A stretch of 33,906 bases of DNA, from NCBI GenBank assembly GCA_964617705.1, contig CAZTXU010000002.1:1-33906 (forward strand), given 5' to 3'. This DNA comes from an uncultured Muribaculaceae bacterium (GTDB lineage Bacteria > Bacillota_I > Bacilli_A > RF39 > UBA660). The translations under genes and the position numbers were made by a program. A model generated the notes under the pieces. The model ran no database searches. It was not told the origin of the DNA and saw only the letters and a program-made list of their open reading frames with translations. Below are positions 19,289 through 27,267 of this stretch, piece by piece. Within the stretch, counting starts at the first letter, position 1, and every line of letters starts with the position of its first letter.

Positions 19289-21088
19289 TTATTGTCCTCC
19301 TGAGAAGAACACTAATTTACGTTGAGTACCAGTGTTTCCAAATCTTCTTCTTTGTTTTTTATAGGCTTCTTCTTCGATTTCTTTAATTCTCCAAAGTCCA
19401 TAAGCAAAAGCAGAATATTTATCTTTTGGAAATCTTGAATTAATTTGTTCCAAAGTAATATCAAGACCAGTTCCAGTACGTTTAAGGCGCAAGTTAGCCA
19501 TTTCTTCAAAAAGTTTAGTAGTCATTTCGTGAGGAAGAAGTCTTATAACTCTTTGTTCTAAAGTCATTTTCTGACCAATTTTAGTCGCCATTAAAGCATT
19601 TTTTGCTTCTTGTTCCTTAATTAAAAATCTTATCATTCCGCTATTAATTCTTGAATATGCGTTACCGTGAATTTTTGAATTTAAAGTACCATTTGCTTTA
19701 ATACCGTAAAGAATACAAATTGAATCTTTTGGTTGTATTTTTTTATAGTCGGCATCATTAGTAAAACCATATGCTGGTAAAAGTTCTCCTTTTTCATCCA
19801 TTTGAGTTCTAATCATTTCATCTGCTAAACCAACACCCAAACCATTAGTATCAATTACAACCTCTCTTGGTTGAAAAGCTTTAATGATAGCCTTTAAATC
19901 TGCGGCTTGACGATAAAACGGTTTAGTTTCAGGGGTCCTTCCTAAAACATAAAGATTAACTAATGTAGCATAATATTTTCCACCAACAATGTTAACTCTA
20001 AATACGCATACAACTGTTTGGTCATTTAATCTTCCTACGTCTACTGATAATAAGTAGAATTGATTTGACCCTTCTCTAAAATTCGCGCGCTTTTCGGGAT
20101 TTTTTATTTTACGATATTTTTGTAGTTTATCAAAATTAAACCAAGATTCTTCTGAACCTCCGCTCCATACAGAAAGATATTCTCTTGCAAAAGTTTCTTC
20201 TTGATAGGTTGGAGACATTTTCAATTCTTGAATAAATTGTTTATCAAGCAATCCGTGCATTACTGGCACACGATAGTCGCAACCCCAAACAAAAGCTTTT
20301 TTAGGATTTATAATACTCATTTCTAAACAATCTATTAATTTTTCATAAGAATAAGATGATTTTACGCCAGCAGAAGTCATATATAATTGTTGTTGATTTG
20401 GTTCATTATCATTAACTTCTCCAAGCGCAGTTCTTCGTGATACATTCATTAAAGGTAAAACAACAGAGTTAAGTATTTCGCCATCATGGTCACGAATCTC
20501 ATCTATTAATCCACCATGCCTTCTTCCACCACGTTCAGAGTCAAGCGCGCCAACAACGTCGAAAATAGAACCATTTCGAAATGTTAGTGTTACATAATCC
20601 TTTCCAAAATTACCATCCCCAATAATTTCTTTTTTAAGAAAAGGCAATTTATCCCAAATTTCATAAATTTTATCTTTTGCAATTTTAGCTGATTGGTTTT
20701 TACCTGGCGCGCAAATAAACAATTTTACACCTGGTCTAAACATACATTCTAAATAAAGAGCTAAAATTGAAATAAAGGTTTTTGAAAAAGCACGACAAGC
20801 AGTGCAATAATGATATCTATAACGCATGCATGCGCGCAAGAAAATCCTTTGAAAAAAGAATAGTGAAAAGTTTGATTCTTCAGGAGTAATTAAATCAATA
20901 AAAATATCTGGATAAGCACTAAAGAAATTAGCATATTTTTTAAATAATTCTTCATGTTTAAGCAAATATTCTTCTGTAAGAATAACTCCTTTTTCAAGTT
21001 CTACTCCCTCTTTATAGTGGCGCTGAACCTGAGAATTTAAGTCATCGATATCACAAGCAATTAATTTAATTGGCTTATTCATCTTCAT
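19289..21088 (-). CDS. terL: Terminase large subunit
   Basis: It has an ATPase Walker-B-like motif (GGLIDEIRDHDGE) and a C-terminal RNaseH-like nuclease motif (REVVIDTNGLGVGLADE). About 600 aa. Possible starts are GTG 21091, ATG 21088 or ATG 21082, all overlapping the stop of the upstream gene. Confidence 0.85.
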   Translation of the reverse strand: MKMNKPIKLIACDIDDLNSQVQRHYKEGVELEKGVILTEEYLLKHEELFKKYANFFSAYPDIFIDLITPEESNFSLFFFQRIFLRACMRYRYHYCTACRAFSKTFISILALYLECMFRPGVKLFICAPGKNQSAKIAKDKIYEIWDKLPFLKKEIIGDGNFGKDYVTLTFRNGSIFDVVGALDSERGGRRHGGLIDEIRDHDGEILNSVVLPLMNVSRRTALGEVNDNEPNQQQLYMTSAGVKSSYSYEKLIDCLEMSIINPKKAFVWGCDYRVPVMHGLLDKQFIQELKMSPTYQEETFAREYLSVWSGGSEESWFNFDKLQKYRKIKNPEKRANFREGSNQFYLLSVDVGRLNDQTVVCVFRVNIVGGKYYATLVNLYVLGRTPETKPFYRQAADLKAIIKAFQPREVVIDTNGLGVGLADEMIRTQMDEKGELLPAYGFTNDADYKKIQPKDSICILYGIKANGTLNSKIHGNAYSRINSGMIRFLIKEQEAKNALMATKIGQKMTLEQRVIRLLPHEMTTKLFEEMANLRLKRTGTGLDITLEQINSRFPKDKYSAFAYGLWRIKEIEEEAYKKQRRRFGNTGTQRKLVFFSGGQ

Positions 21089-22067
21089 CACCTATATTCG
21101 GATTAAATTCTTCACTTTTCATTAATTCTTCATATCCAGCATTATCATATTCATCTAAATCATATTCTTTATTAGTATCATAGTAATCTTCTAATTCTTT
21201 TGCGCTTTGTAGTGCAGCAACACGTCTATCTATTTCTTCAGAAATACCGGTTTCATTTGTATATAAACGTTGAGTAAAATTCTGAATATTTTTCATAGTT
21301 TCATCAACTATATCTCGTGTTACATTATCATAAAATTTATTTTTCCATCCGCGCTTTTCCAACCAGCGAAATAATTCTCCAACTGAATCAAAATCAGTAG
21401 CATTTTTAACATTTTTAGGAGTAAATTCGGCAGTTTTAACTAATTTATCATAACTTGTTAATAATTTATCAAAATCAGCGCCTTCCCTAATACGAGAGTC
21501 TATTTCAAAAGAAATTTTACAAATTTTTTGGGCTTGGTCTACTTGTAAAGCGCCATTAACATTTTGCGTTGCAAGTAAGCCAGTATATAATCCTTCAAGG
21601 TATACTAAATCTTCATCGGCATAATTACCGCCCCATTTTTCTCTTAGCTTCTTAAATTTCTCATCGCGCAATTTAGGTAATTCATCTTCAATTAGTCCAA
21701 CTTCTTTTAAATTTTTAAATTGTTCGTAGTAGCTATCCCAGCCTAAGCCTTCATATTCTTCACCTTGAAAAATGGTAGCATAAGTAGAAAATAAACTATC
21801 TTCATCAGTCATTTCCTTCAAACGTTCCCATTCTTTAGGAATAAAAGGAATATCAGCATATTGACAAATTTTATCAACATCGCGCCAATTAAAGTCATTT
21901 TCTTTTAAAAAATTATTTAAACAGGTATTGCAAATAGGTAAGTATCCATCTTTAAAAAATATTGAACGACTTGGTGAAAAATTTTCGGGTCCAAATGAAC
22001 CTCCGCAACGGTTACATTTTTTTACAGTAAAACTATAATTATGTTTAATTTTTGGTTCCAATGACAT
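21075..22067 (-). CDS. Putative terminase small subunit / DNA-recognition protein with an N-terminal zinc ribbon (330 aa)
   Basis: It lies directly upstream of terL and overlaps it. The N-terminus carries CNRCGG-x25-CNTC. Assigned by position. Confidence 0.4.
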   Translation of the reverse strand: MSLEPKIKHNYSFTVKKCNRCGGSFGPENFSPSRSIFFKDGYLPICNTCLNNFLKENDFNWRDVDKICQYADIPFIPKEWERLKEMTDEDSLFSTYATIFQGEEYEGLGWDSYYEQFKNLKEVGLIEDELPKLRDEKFKKLREKWGGNYADEDLVYLEGLYTGLLATQNVNGALQVDQAQKICKISFEIDSRIREGADFDKLLTSYDKLVKTAEFTPKNVKNATDFDSVGELFRWLEKRGWKNKFYDNVTRDIVDETMKNIQNFTQRLYTNETGISEEIDRRVAALQSAKELEDYYDTNKEYDLDEYDNAGYEELMKSEEFNPNIGDEDE

Positions 22068-22287
22068 TTTCTTTTTTTACTCTTCTTAAAACAGATAAAA
22101 TTTCTCTACGTTGCTTGCGGGCAAGCGTATTAAATTTATCTATTATATCATTTAATATATCATAAAAATCACGAGTTGTTTTATTTTCTTTGTTTATAAT
22201 ATCAACACATAATACTCGCGCAAGACCAATAAATTCTACTGGTTCAAGTTTGGTAATTAATTCTATTAATTCATTTTTTTTGTTCAT
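22045..22287 (-). CDS. Hypothetical protein (80 aa)
   Basis: It has an AGGAGGAG RBS (rc of about 22290-22300). It overlaps the next gene by 23 nt. Confidence 0.5.
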   Translation of the reverse strand: MNKKNELIELITKLEPVEFIGLARVLCVDIINKENKTTRDFYDILNDIIDKFNTLARKQRREILSVLRRVKKENVIGTKN

Positions 22288-22308
22288 TTATTTCTCCTCC
22301 TAATTGCT

Positions 22309-23625
22309 TTATTTCTTCTGCTGTCTTATTTCCTTATCACAACGTTTACATTGATTTGAAAATCCATCAGAAGAACGAGATTTACGAACAAAATTATCGG
22401 TATTCACAAGTAATGTTTTCCCACAATGCCTACACTTTTTCCAATTTTCTGGATAACATAAATTTTCAATTATCTCTGCGTGTTGGCGCGCGGCTTCATT
22501 AATTTGTGGAATTATTTTTTGTCTAAATATTGTGCTTATATAATTTGCTGTATAGGATTTTCCATATTTTTCATTAATTGTATCTGCAATTAGTTGGTTT
22601 TTATAATGTTTCATTTTCAAGTTCAAGATATCTTTATGAACTGGTGTTAAATATGCTCTGTCTATATAAAAATTCAGCGTGTCCAAAAATTCTGGCGAGG
22701 TCGACATAGTCGTTGCTTCAAGGGAGTCATCTTCTAAATCATAAAAAAGTAATAAAGCCTGATAAACATGTTCTAATTCAGCAAAATTAAAAATTTTTCC
22801 GCTTTGTGTTTCTTGCTTTCGTTTCCAATAAAAAGATATAAGTTGTTTTAATTCTTCTTCAGTAAAATCAGTAGGAATTGGAAATCTATCTATTGGAAAA
22901 AGTTTTGATGTAAATTCATCTTTATACTTTAATCCTACCGGCGCGCACAAAATATCTGAATCCATAGTGGGTGGAAGTACAGGCAGTGTTATCGCTGTTT
23001 CCATACATATAATGGGAGTTATGTATGTATCTCTTAATGTAAATTGTTCTCTTCGCAACTCAACTAACAAATGTCTCAATTTTAAATAATGAAATTGAGA
23101 AAGACTTTTGGCTCGATTTTGAATATGTTGAATTTTTTCTTCTGTAAAAAGTTGTAAGAGTTCAGGACGAGGGGGACTTTTTCGTTTCCCTACTTTTAAA
23201 TCATAAAAATTTAATAAAAGATCTAACTCATCAATTTGTTTCCAAAGTTCCTCTAATCGTTCAAGAACTTCTGAAGAAGCATTTTGTCTCGCCTCTTTAC
23301 GAGAAAATACTACTCGTGTAATTTTTGTACGAGGTTCTTCTGGTTGTTTTATCATAATTTCTGTAAATCCTGGTGCTTCAAGTAAAGCGTCAAGAGATTC
23401 AACTGGTTGTGTGTCCCAAGTTTTATTGCGCGATTCAAGCTGAATTTCTTTGGATTGTTTTACGTTGAGGCCAGTTTTTGGGTCTTTTCCCCAAAGTATA
23501 TAATTTGCCATTGTTTCAAGCTCATTTTCATTTGGCGTGAACCTGAGTGTAGATATATAATTATTTAAAAAGTTTGTTCGTTCAACGGTAGAGTTAAGCG
23601 AAAAATCAAGTTTAAGTCGATTCAA
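22309..23625 (-). CDS. Putative DNA-binding regulator (438 aa): C-terminal sigma-region-4-like HTH plus a zinc ribbon
   Basis: It is the first gene of the leftward operon, with a TTG start 9 nt after GGAG. The segment LTPVHKDILNLKMKHYKNQLIADTINEKYGKSYTANYISTIFRQKIIPQI looks like an HTH of the sigma-70 region 4 or LuxR type. The C-terminus carries CRHCG-x24-CKRC. Confidence 0.3.
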   Translation of the reverse strand: MNRLKLDFSLNSTVERTNFLNNYISTLRFTPNENELETMANYILWGKDPKTGLNVKQSKEIQLESRNKTWDTQPVESLDALLEAPGFTEIMIKQPEEPRTKITRVVFSRKEARQNASSEVLERLEELWKQIDELDLLLNFYDLKVGKRKSPPRPELLQLFTEEKIQHIQNRAKSLSQFHYLKLRHLLVELRREQFTLRDTYITPIICMETAITLPVLPPTMDSDILCAPVGLKYKDEFTSKLFPIDRFPIPTDFTEEELKQLISFYWKRKQETQSGKIFNFAELEHVYQALLLFYDLEDDSLEATTMSTSPEFLDTLNFYIDRAYLTPVHKDILNLKMKHYKNQLIADTINEKYGKSYTANYISTIFRQKIIPQINEAARQHAEIIENLCYPENWKKCRHCGKTLLVNTDNFVRKSRSSDGFSNQCKRCDKEIRQQKK

Positions 23626-23664
23626 GTTAATTATCTCCTTTTAGTTTTTTCTTACCCTATAATT

Positions 23665-23694
23665 ATTATATCACAATAACTACAAATCCGTCAA
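23665..23694 (-). promoter_or_regulatory. Leftward sigma-A-type promoter for the structural operon
   Basis: On the minus strand: TTGACG (23694-23689), an 18-nt spacer, then TGaTATAAT (-10 hexamer at 23670-23665). Confidence 0.55.
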
Positions 23695-23712
23695 ATTTTA
23701 AATATATTTAAT

Positions 23713-23741
23713 TTGAAAAAAATTGAATTTTGAGTTATAAT
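23713..23741 (+). promoter_or_regulatory. Rightward promoter P0
   Basis: TTGAAA, 17 nt, TATAAT. It diverges from the leftward promoter. Confidence 0.55.
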
Positions 23742-23765
23742 ATAAATAGAAAAGGAGGAATAAAA

Positions 23766-23912
23766 ATGAAAGATTTAGGTTTTTTAGGCGGGATAATTTT
23801 AGTGATAGCTTTTATAATTGCTTTGTGTCAGTATGGTGCTGTTATGTTATTGGCGCCGATTGCTATAATTTTTATTTTGATTTTGCTTGTATGTGGTTGT
23901 AAGTTTAAGTAA
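23766..23912 (+). CDS. Small membrane protein (48 aa, two hydrophobic helices)
   Basis: The ATG lies 7 nt after AAAGGAGGAA. The sequence is MKDLGFLGGIILVIAFIIALCQYGAVMLLAPIAIIFILILLVCGCKFK. The ORF-track start at 23730 lies inside the promoter. Confidence 0.6.
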   Translation: MKDLGFLGGIILVIAFIIALCQYGAVMLLAPIAIIFILILLVCGCKFK

Positions 23913-24018
23913 TTGTTTTCAAAATTTTAATTCGTGGGTTTTATGCTCCAGGGGCATTTTTTGCCTTGTGAAAAAAAGCACAATTTTCCTAAAACATACC
24001 CCGCCGATAGGTTTTAGC

Positions 24019-24042
24019 GTGTTAAAGTGTTAAAGTGTTAAA
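24019..24042. repeat. Three tandem copies of GTGTTAAA
   Basis: Read directly: gtgttaaa gtgttaaa gtgttaaa, followed by a degenerate gcgttga. Confidence 0.9.
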
Positions 24043-24141
24043 GCGTTGAGGCAGTTAGTCGTTGTTAAGTTAGGCGAGGATGTTTGTGATTATTTTATCA
24101 ATCAATCGAAAAAATTTTTTTTGAAAAATGAAAGAAAAGTA

Positions 24142-24171
24142 TTGACAATATTTAGACGTATACTGTATAAT
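24142..24171 (+). promoter_or_regulatory. Promoter P1, with a palindrome half-site in its spacer
   Basis: TTGACA (24142-24147), an 18-nt spacer, then TATAAT (24166-24171). The spacer contains TTTAGACGT at 24151-24159. Confidence 0.6.
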
Positions 24172-24230
24172 AAATAATGTCAGGGGGATACATACCCACG
24201 GCAAACACACAAACGAAAGGAAGTAAAACA

Positions 24231-24773
24231 ATGAAAGCAAAAGAGATCAGAAAAGCACTTGAACAGAAATATTTATCTAACCATGCAGATTGTGGGCGTT
24301 ATGGGCGCGCGTTTGAATTACAGTGTGCAAGAACTAAAAGCCGCAAACAGAGCGTTGCAGAACAAAATGAAACAGATGTCCACGTTAAGTTCATCAGCGA
24401 AAACGGCAAGGCTTACTATGTGCCTTGTGAGGCTAAGACCAATGGCGGACGCATTGACGAGTTGTTAAACGGTTCAAAAGCTCAATATGTTATCTATGAC
24501 CTGCACTTTGTACAGAAACACAAGGCAAGCAAAAAGCGCGATGCCTATGATGAATATCGTGACCTTGAACAACCTGTTATTATTCCTAAAGCCTTATTTC
24601 TTGCTAAACTGATTGAGTTTAACGCAATTAAAGCAATCAATAGAAATGGGGAGCTTGACGGCTATGGTATTCAGGTAAGTAGTAAAAAATGGTTTGAGTG
24701 GTTGAGTGATTATCCTGTAAAGTTCGATAACGAAAATGCTTATGAGGTGTGGGAATTTGAGGGTCTTGAATAA
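24231..24773 (+). CDS. Hypothetical protein (180 aa), possible PD-(D/E)xK nuclease fold
   Basis: The ATG lies after GAAAGGAAG. The ORF-track start at 24177 coincides with the predicted transcription start. A D...E-x-K-like arrangement is present (ETDVHV ... CEAKTNGG). The fold assignment is speculative. Confidence 0.55.
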   Translation: MKAKEIRKALEQKYLSNHADCGRYGRAFELQCARTKSRKQSVAEQNETDVHVKFISENGKAYYVPCEAKTNGGRIDELLNGSKAQYVIYDLHFVQKHKASKKRDAYDEYRDLEQPVIIPKALFLAKLIEFNAIKAINRNGELDGYGIQVSSKKWFEWLSDYPVKFDNENAYEVWEFEGLE

Positions 24774-24860
24774 GACCCTCGCCTAACACGGCTCAGCCGG
24801 TATAAGTCCGGCTCTGATGAGCAAGAGCGAAAGCCGAATACAAGAAAGGAATAAACCAAA

Positions 24861-25148
24861 ATGACAAACACACAGAATCTTAGAGCTATTGTTGTAAAGC
24901 TGATGGAAGAAGAACAGAAGCTAAAAGCGGCTTATGAAGAAGTAAAAGAACAGAGTAGCCGTGCCTATAAGAGGATGCTTGTATGGGAAAAAGCCTATAC
25001 TGCAAGCGATGATGATGAGGAAGTGGCACAAATATTCGATGAGGTATATGATAAATATAGCGAAACAGAGGTACAAGTAGAAGCTATTGATGAAGCACTT
25101 GAAGCACTACACAAAGCTATCAAAGCTATTACATGGTTAGTTCTTTAA
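24861..25148 (+). CDS. Hypothetical acidic helical protein (95 aa)
   Basis: It has an AGAAAGGAA RBS. There is no palindrome or clear terminator between it and the upstream gene, so the two are probably co-transcribed. Confidence 0.6.
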   Translation: MTNTQNLRAIVVKLMEEEQKLKAAYEEVKEQSSRAYKRMLVWEKAYTASDDDEEVAQIFDEVYDKYSETEVQVEAIDEALEALHKAIKAITWLVL

Positions 25149-25164
25149 GACCTAACCAAAACGA

Positions 25165-25185
25165 TTTAGACGTGTCACGTCTAAA
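25165..25185. repeat. Early-region palindrome copy 1 (TTTAGACGT GTC ACGTCTAAA)
   Basis: 9-bp arms, 3-nt spacer. 17 nt upstream of the -35 hexamer at 25203. Confidence 0.95.
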
Positions 25186-25202
25186 CAAAATAAAAATAGG
25201 GA

Positions 25203-25231
25203 TTGCAATTAGTGGGCAGGTGTGGTATCAT
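25203..25231 (+). promoter_or_regulatory. Promoter P2
   Basis: TTGCAA, 17 nt, TATCAT, with an upstream TG. Confidence 0.5.
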
Positions 25232-25278
25232 ATATTCAGAGATTAGGATTAGCTGATCCACAAGAAAGGAATAAAACA

Positions 25279-25536
25279 ATGATGTACGCAGAGGAAGCAA
25301 GAAAAATCGCAAAGGAAATAAACGAATACAAGGAAGCCGAAGCTAAGGCTAAGACAATGAGCTATATTGAATCTACTGTTATGCCAGCTATATCCAACGC
25401 TGCAAGCGAGGGCATATATAATACACGAGTTACTCCCTCATGCTGCGCGGATAACTTTATCCTCCGCAGAGAATTGGAGAAGCTCGGATATGAAGTATGT
25501 ATTGAGCGCAATTACATTACAATTATTTGGTCTTAA
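25279..25536 (+). CDS. Hypothetical protein (85 aa)
   Basis: The ATG lies after AGAAAGGAA. The ORF-track start at 25222 lies inside the promoter. Confidence 0.6.
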   Translation: MMYAEEARKIAKEINEYKEAEAKAKTMSYIESTVMPAISNAASEGIYNTRVTPSCCADNFILRRELEKLGYEVCIERNYITIIWS

Positions 25537-25573
25537 CACTGTGAAGTGTTTTTGATAGTTGGTTTTCATTGCT

Positions 25574-25601
25574 GGGAGGGGTCGCCCTCCCTATCCTTTT
25601 T
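25574..25601 (+). terminator. Intrinsic terminator
   Basis: GGGAGGG-gtcg-CCCTCCC followed by TATCCTTTTT. Confidence 0.65.
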
Positions 25602-25611
25602 AGGGGAAAAA

Positions 25612-25632
25612 TTTAGACGTCTTACGTCTAAA
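25612..25632. repeat. Early-region palindrome copy 2 (spacer CTT)
   Basis: 9-bp arms. 17 nt upstream of the -35 hexamer at 25650. Confidence 0.95.
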
Positions 25633-25649
25633 CAAAAATAAAATCGTTA

Positions 25650-25678
25650 TTGACTTTTTGAGAATTTTTTGGTAAAAT
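25650..25678 (+). promoter_or_regulatory. Promoter P3
   Basis: TTGACT, 17 nt, TAAAAT. Confidence 0.5.
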
Positions 25679-25708
25679 TTAATTAAAGAAAAGGAAGGAG
25701 GAACAAAA

Positions 25709-25876
25709 ATGTTCCAAAAATTTAAAGAATTTTTTAAAGATGACTATATCCGTACAAAGCGATTTCGTATTAAACCATTTAGTCTGCTTTGGTGGGTGAT
25801 TCGTGGCGGGCAAGCTATACTTGTAGTAGCTGGGTTTTTTGTATTTTATATGATGATGTGGTCAGTGTTTGCGTAA
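25709..25876 (+). CDS. Small membrane protein (55 aa), absent from the ORF track
   Basis: The ATG lies 7 nt after AAGGAAGGAGG. My hand translation is MFQKFKEFFKDDYIRTKRFRIKPFSLLWWVIRGGQAILVVAGFFVFYMMMWSVFA, with one C-terminal hydrophobic helix. Confidence 0.6.
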   Translation: MFQKFKEFFKDDYIRTKRFRIKPFSLLWWVIRGGQAILVVAGFFVFYMMMWSVFA

Positions 25877-25938
25877 GCTGAAAGTAGAAAAAATTTTATA
25901 AAAAGGAGGAAATTATTTTCTTCTTTTTTGGAATTTTA

Positions 25939-25959
25939 TTTAGACGTCTTACGTCTAAA
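25939..25959. repeat. Early-region palindrome copy 3 (spacer CTT)
   Basis: 9-bp arms (10 bp with the flanking A/T pair). 17 nt upstream of TTGATT at 25977. Confidence 0.95.
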
Positions 25960-25976
25960 TCATTTGAAAATTTCTC

Positions 25977-26005
25977 TTGATTTTTCCGGAATTTTTTGAT
26001 AGAAT
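25977..26005 (+). promoter_or_regulatory. Promoter P4
   Basis: TTGATT, 17 nt, TGaTAGAAT. An overlapping TATAAT lies at 26005-26010. Confidence 0.45.
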
Positions 26006-26060
26006 ATAATTACAGAAAGGGAACAGAGTTCCCGAACAGAGAAAGGAATTTTAGAAAAAA

Positions 26061-26504
26061 ATGAGAATTTATTTTGATATGGATGGAACACTTGCAAATC
26101 TTTATGGTATTGATAATTGGGTAGATAGACTCGAAAGCTATGACAGCTCTGTTTATGAAGAAGCTGAGCCTCTATTTAACTTCCGACAGTTCGCCCGCAT
26201 TTTGAACAAATTACAGGATAAAGGTGTATATATAGGAATTATTTCGTGGAACTCAAAGTGCGGCAATAATAAATATCATGAAGCTGTGAAGATGGCGAAA
26301 AAAAGATGGCTCGCACATCATTTGCCGTCGGTTGTATGGGATGAAATTCACATTGTAAAATATGGCTCGCCAAAGCATTTTAATTGTCAAGATAATTCTG
26401 GAATTTTATTTGATGATAATGAAGATGTGAGAAAATTGTGGGATAAAAGAGGAATGAGTTTTTCCGAAAAAGATATTATAGAAGTTCTTTCAAGACTTCT
26501 TTAA
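26061..26504 (+). CDS. HAD-superfamily phosphatase, 5'(3')-deoxyribonucleotidase-like (147 aa)
   Basis: Motif I is FDMDGTLA (DxDxT). There is a Ser/Thr motif (IISWNS), a downstream Lys, and an acidic motif (LFDDNEDV). The size fits capless or NT5C-like HAD enzymes. Confidence 0.6.
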   Translation: MRIYFDMDGTLANLYGIDNWVDRLESYDSSVYEEAEPLFNFRQFARILNKLQDKGVYIGIISWNSKCGNNKYHEAVKMAKKRWLAHHLPSVVWDEIHIVKYGSPKHFNCQDNSGILFDDNEDVRKLWDKRGMSFSEKDIIEVLSRLL

Positions 26505-26533
26505 TATAAAATTCCTTTTCTTGTGTGGGGAAG

Positions 26534-26562
26534 TCGGGACAGAAATGTCCCGATTTCTTTTT
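26534..26562 (+). terminator. Intrinsic terminator
   Basis: TCGGGAC-agaaat-GTCCCGA followed by TTTCTTTTT. Confidence 0.7.
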
Positions 26563-26571
26563 GGAATTTTA

Positions 26572-26592
26572 TTTAGACGTTTAACGTCTAAA
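26572..26592. repeat. Early-region palindrome copy 4 (spacer TTA)
   Basis: 9-bp arms. 17 nt upstream of TTGAAT at 26610. Its left flank, TTTTTGGAATTTTA, is shared with copy 3. Confidence 0.95.
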
Positions 26593-26609
26593 TTTTATTT
26601 AAGTTGGGG

Positions 26610-26638
26610 TTGAATTTTTAGAATTTATTTGATATAAT
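26610..26638 (+). promoter_or_regulatory. Promoter P5
   Basis: TTGAAT, 17 nt, TGaTATAAT. Confidence 0.55.
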
Positions 26639-26672
26639 TTAAGTACAGTAAAAGAAAAGGAGAAAAAGAAAA

Positions 26673-26849
26673 ATGATAAGAGAAGAAAGATTAAAGATAT
26701 TAGAAAAACTTGAAAAAATTAAATGTCCTATTTGTGGAATGGAGTTAGAAGATTTATTAGAATATGATACAACTTCCGAAGAATGGGAACATAATTACCG
26801 TTGCCCTAATTGTTTAATAGATATTAGTATAGAAGAAGATTGTTATTAA
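26673..26849 (+). CDS. Small zinc-ribbon protein (58 aa), absent from the ORF track
   Basis: The ATG lies after AAAGGAGAAAAAG. My hand translation is MIREERLKILEKLEKIKCPICGMELEDLLEYDTTSEEWEHNYRCPNCLIDISIEEDCY, containing CxxC-x21-CxxC. Confidence 0.55.
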   Translation: MIREERLKILEKLEKIKCPICGMELEDLLEYDTTSEEWEHNYRCPNCLIDISIEEDCY

Positions 26850-26869
26850 GAAAAGGAGAATTAAAAAAA

Positions 26870-27094
26870 ATGAAAATCAATGATAATCGTGAAAAAGTAA
26901 TGCAATCTTTTAGATCTATTCTTCGCATTGGAGAAATTTTTGAATATGCGAATAAAATTTATATGACGGTTATAGATGTCGCCGATGATGATGGTAACTG
27001 TTATAATGTAGTTTGTCTAAACGATGGAGAGTTTGCCTATTTTAATAACGAGCAAGTGCAAGTCTTGAATAATGTTGCACTTGAAATTCATTAA
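26870..27094 (+). CDS. Hypothetical protein (74 aa)
   Basis: The ATG lies after AAAAGGAGAA. The ORF-track start at 26840 overlaps the preceding gene. Confidence 0.6.
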   Translation: MKINDNREKVMQSFRSILRIGEIFEYANKIYMTVIDVADDDGNCYNVVCLNDGEFAYFNNEQVQVLNNVALEIH

Positions 27095-27113
27095 AGCGGA
27101 GAAATCCGCTTTT
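27093..27113 (+). terminator. Intrinsic terminator
   Basis: AAGCGGA-gaaa-TCCGCTT followed by TT. Confidence 0.6.
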
Positions 27114-27117
27114 CAAG

Positions 27118-27136
27118 TTAGACGTATTACGTCTAA
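27118..27136. repeat. Early-region palindrome copy 5 (8-bp arms, spacer ATT)
   Basis: TTAGACGT ATT ACGTCTAA. On the nominal 21-bp frame it lies 17 nt upstream of TTGACT at 27155. Confidence 0.9.
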
Positions 27137-27154
27137 ATTTTCTAAAAATTATTA

Positions 27155-27186
27155 TTGACTATAAAATCAAGATGTGGTATTATAAT
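27155..27186 (+). promoter_or_regulatory. Promoter P6
   Basis: TTGACT, 17 nt, TATTAT, overlapping a TATAAT. Confidence 0.5.
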
Positions 27187-27267
27187 ATTGCAAGGGGGAC
27201 AGGAACTCCCGAAAATAAAAAGGGTTGCGACCAACGCAAAGTCGAAAGACGGAAAGAAAGGTATATC

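Noticed and set aside
13664-19509. Small ORFs embedded in structural genes (13664-13849, 14450-14635, 14756-14968, 16298-16489, 18540-18725, 19312-19509).
   Set aside because: They are embedded in or antisense to the connector, capsid, portal and terminase genes, and have no expression signals.
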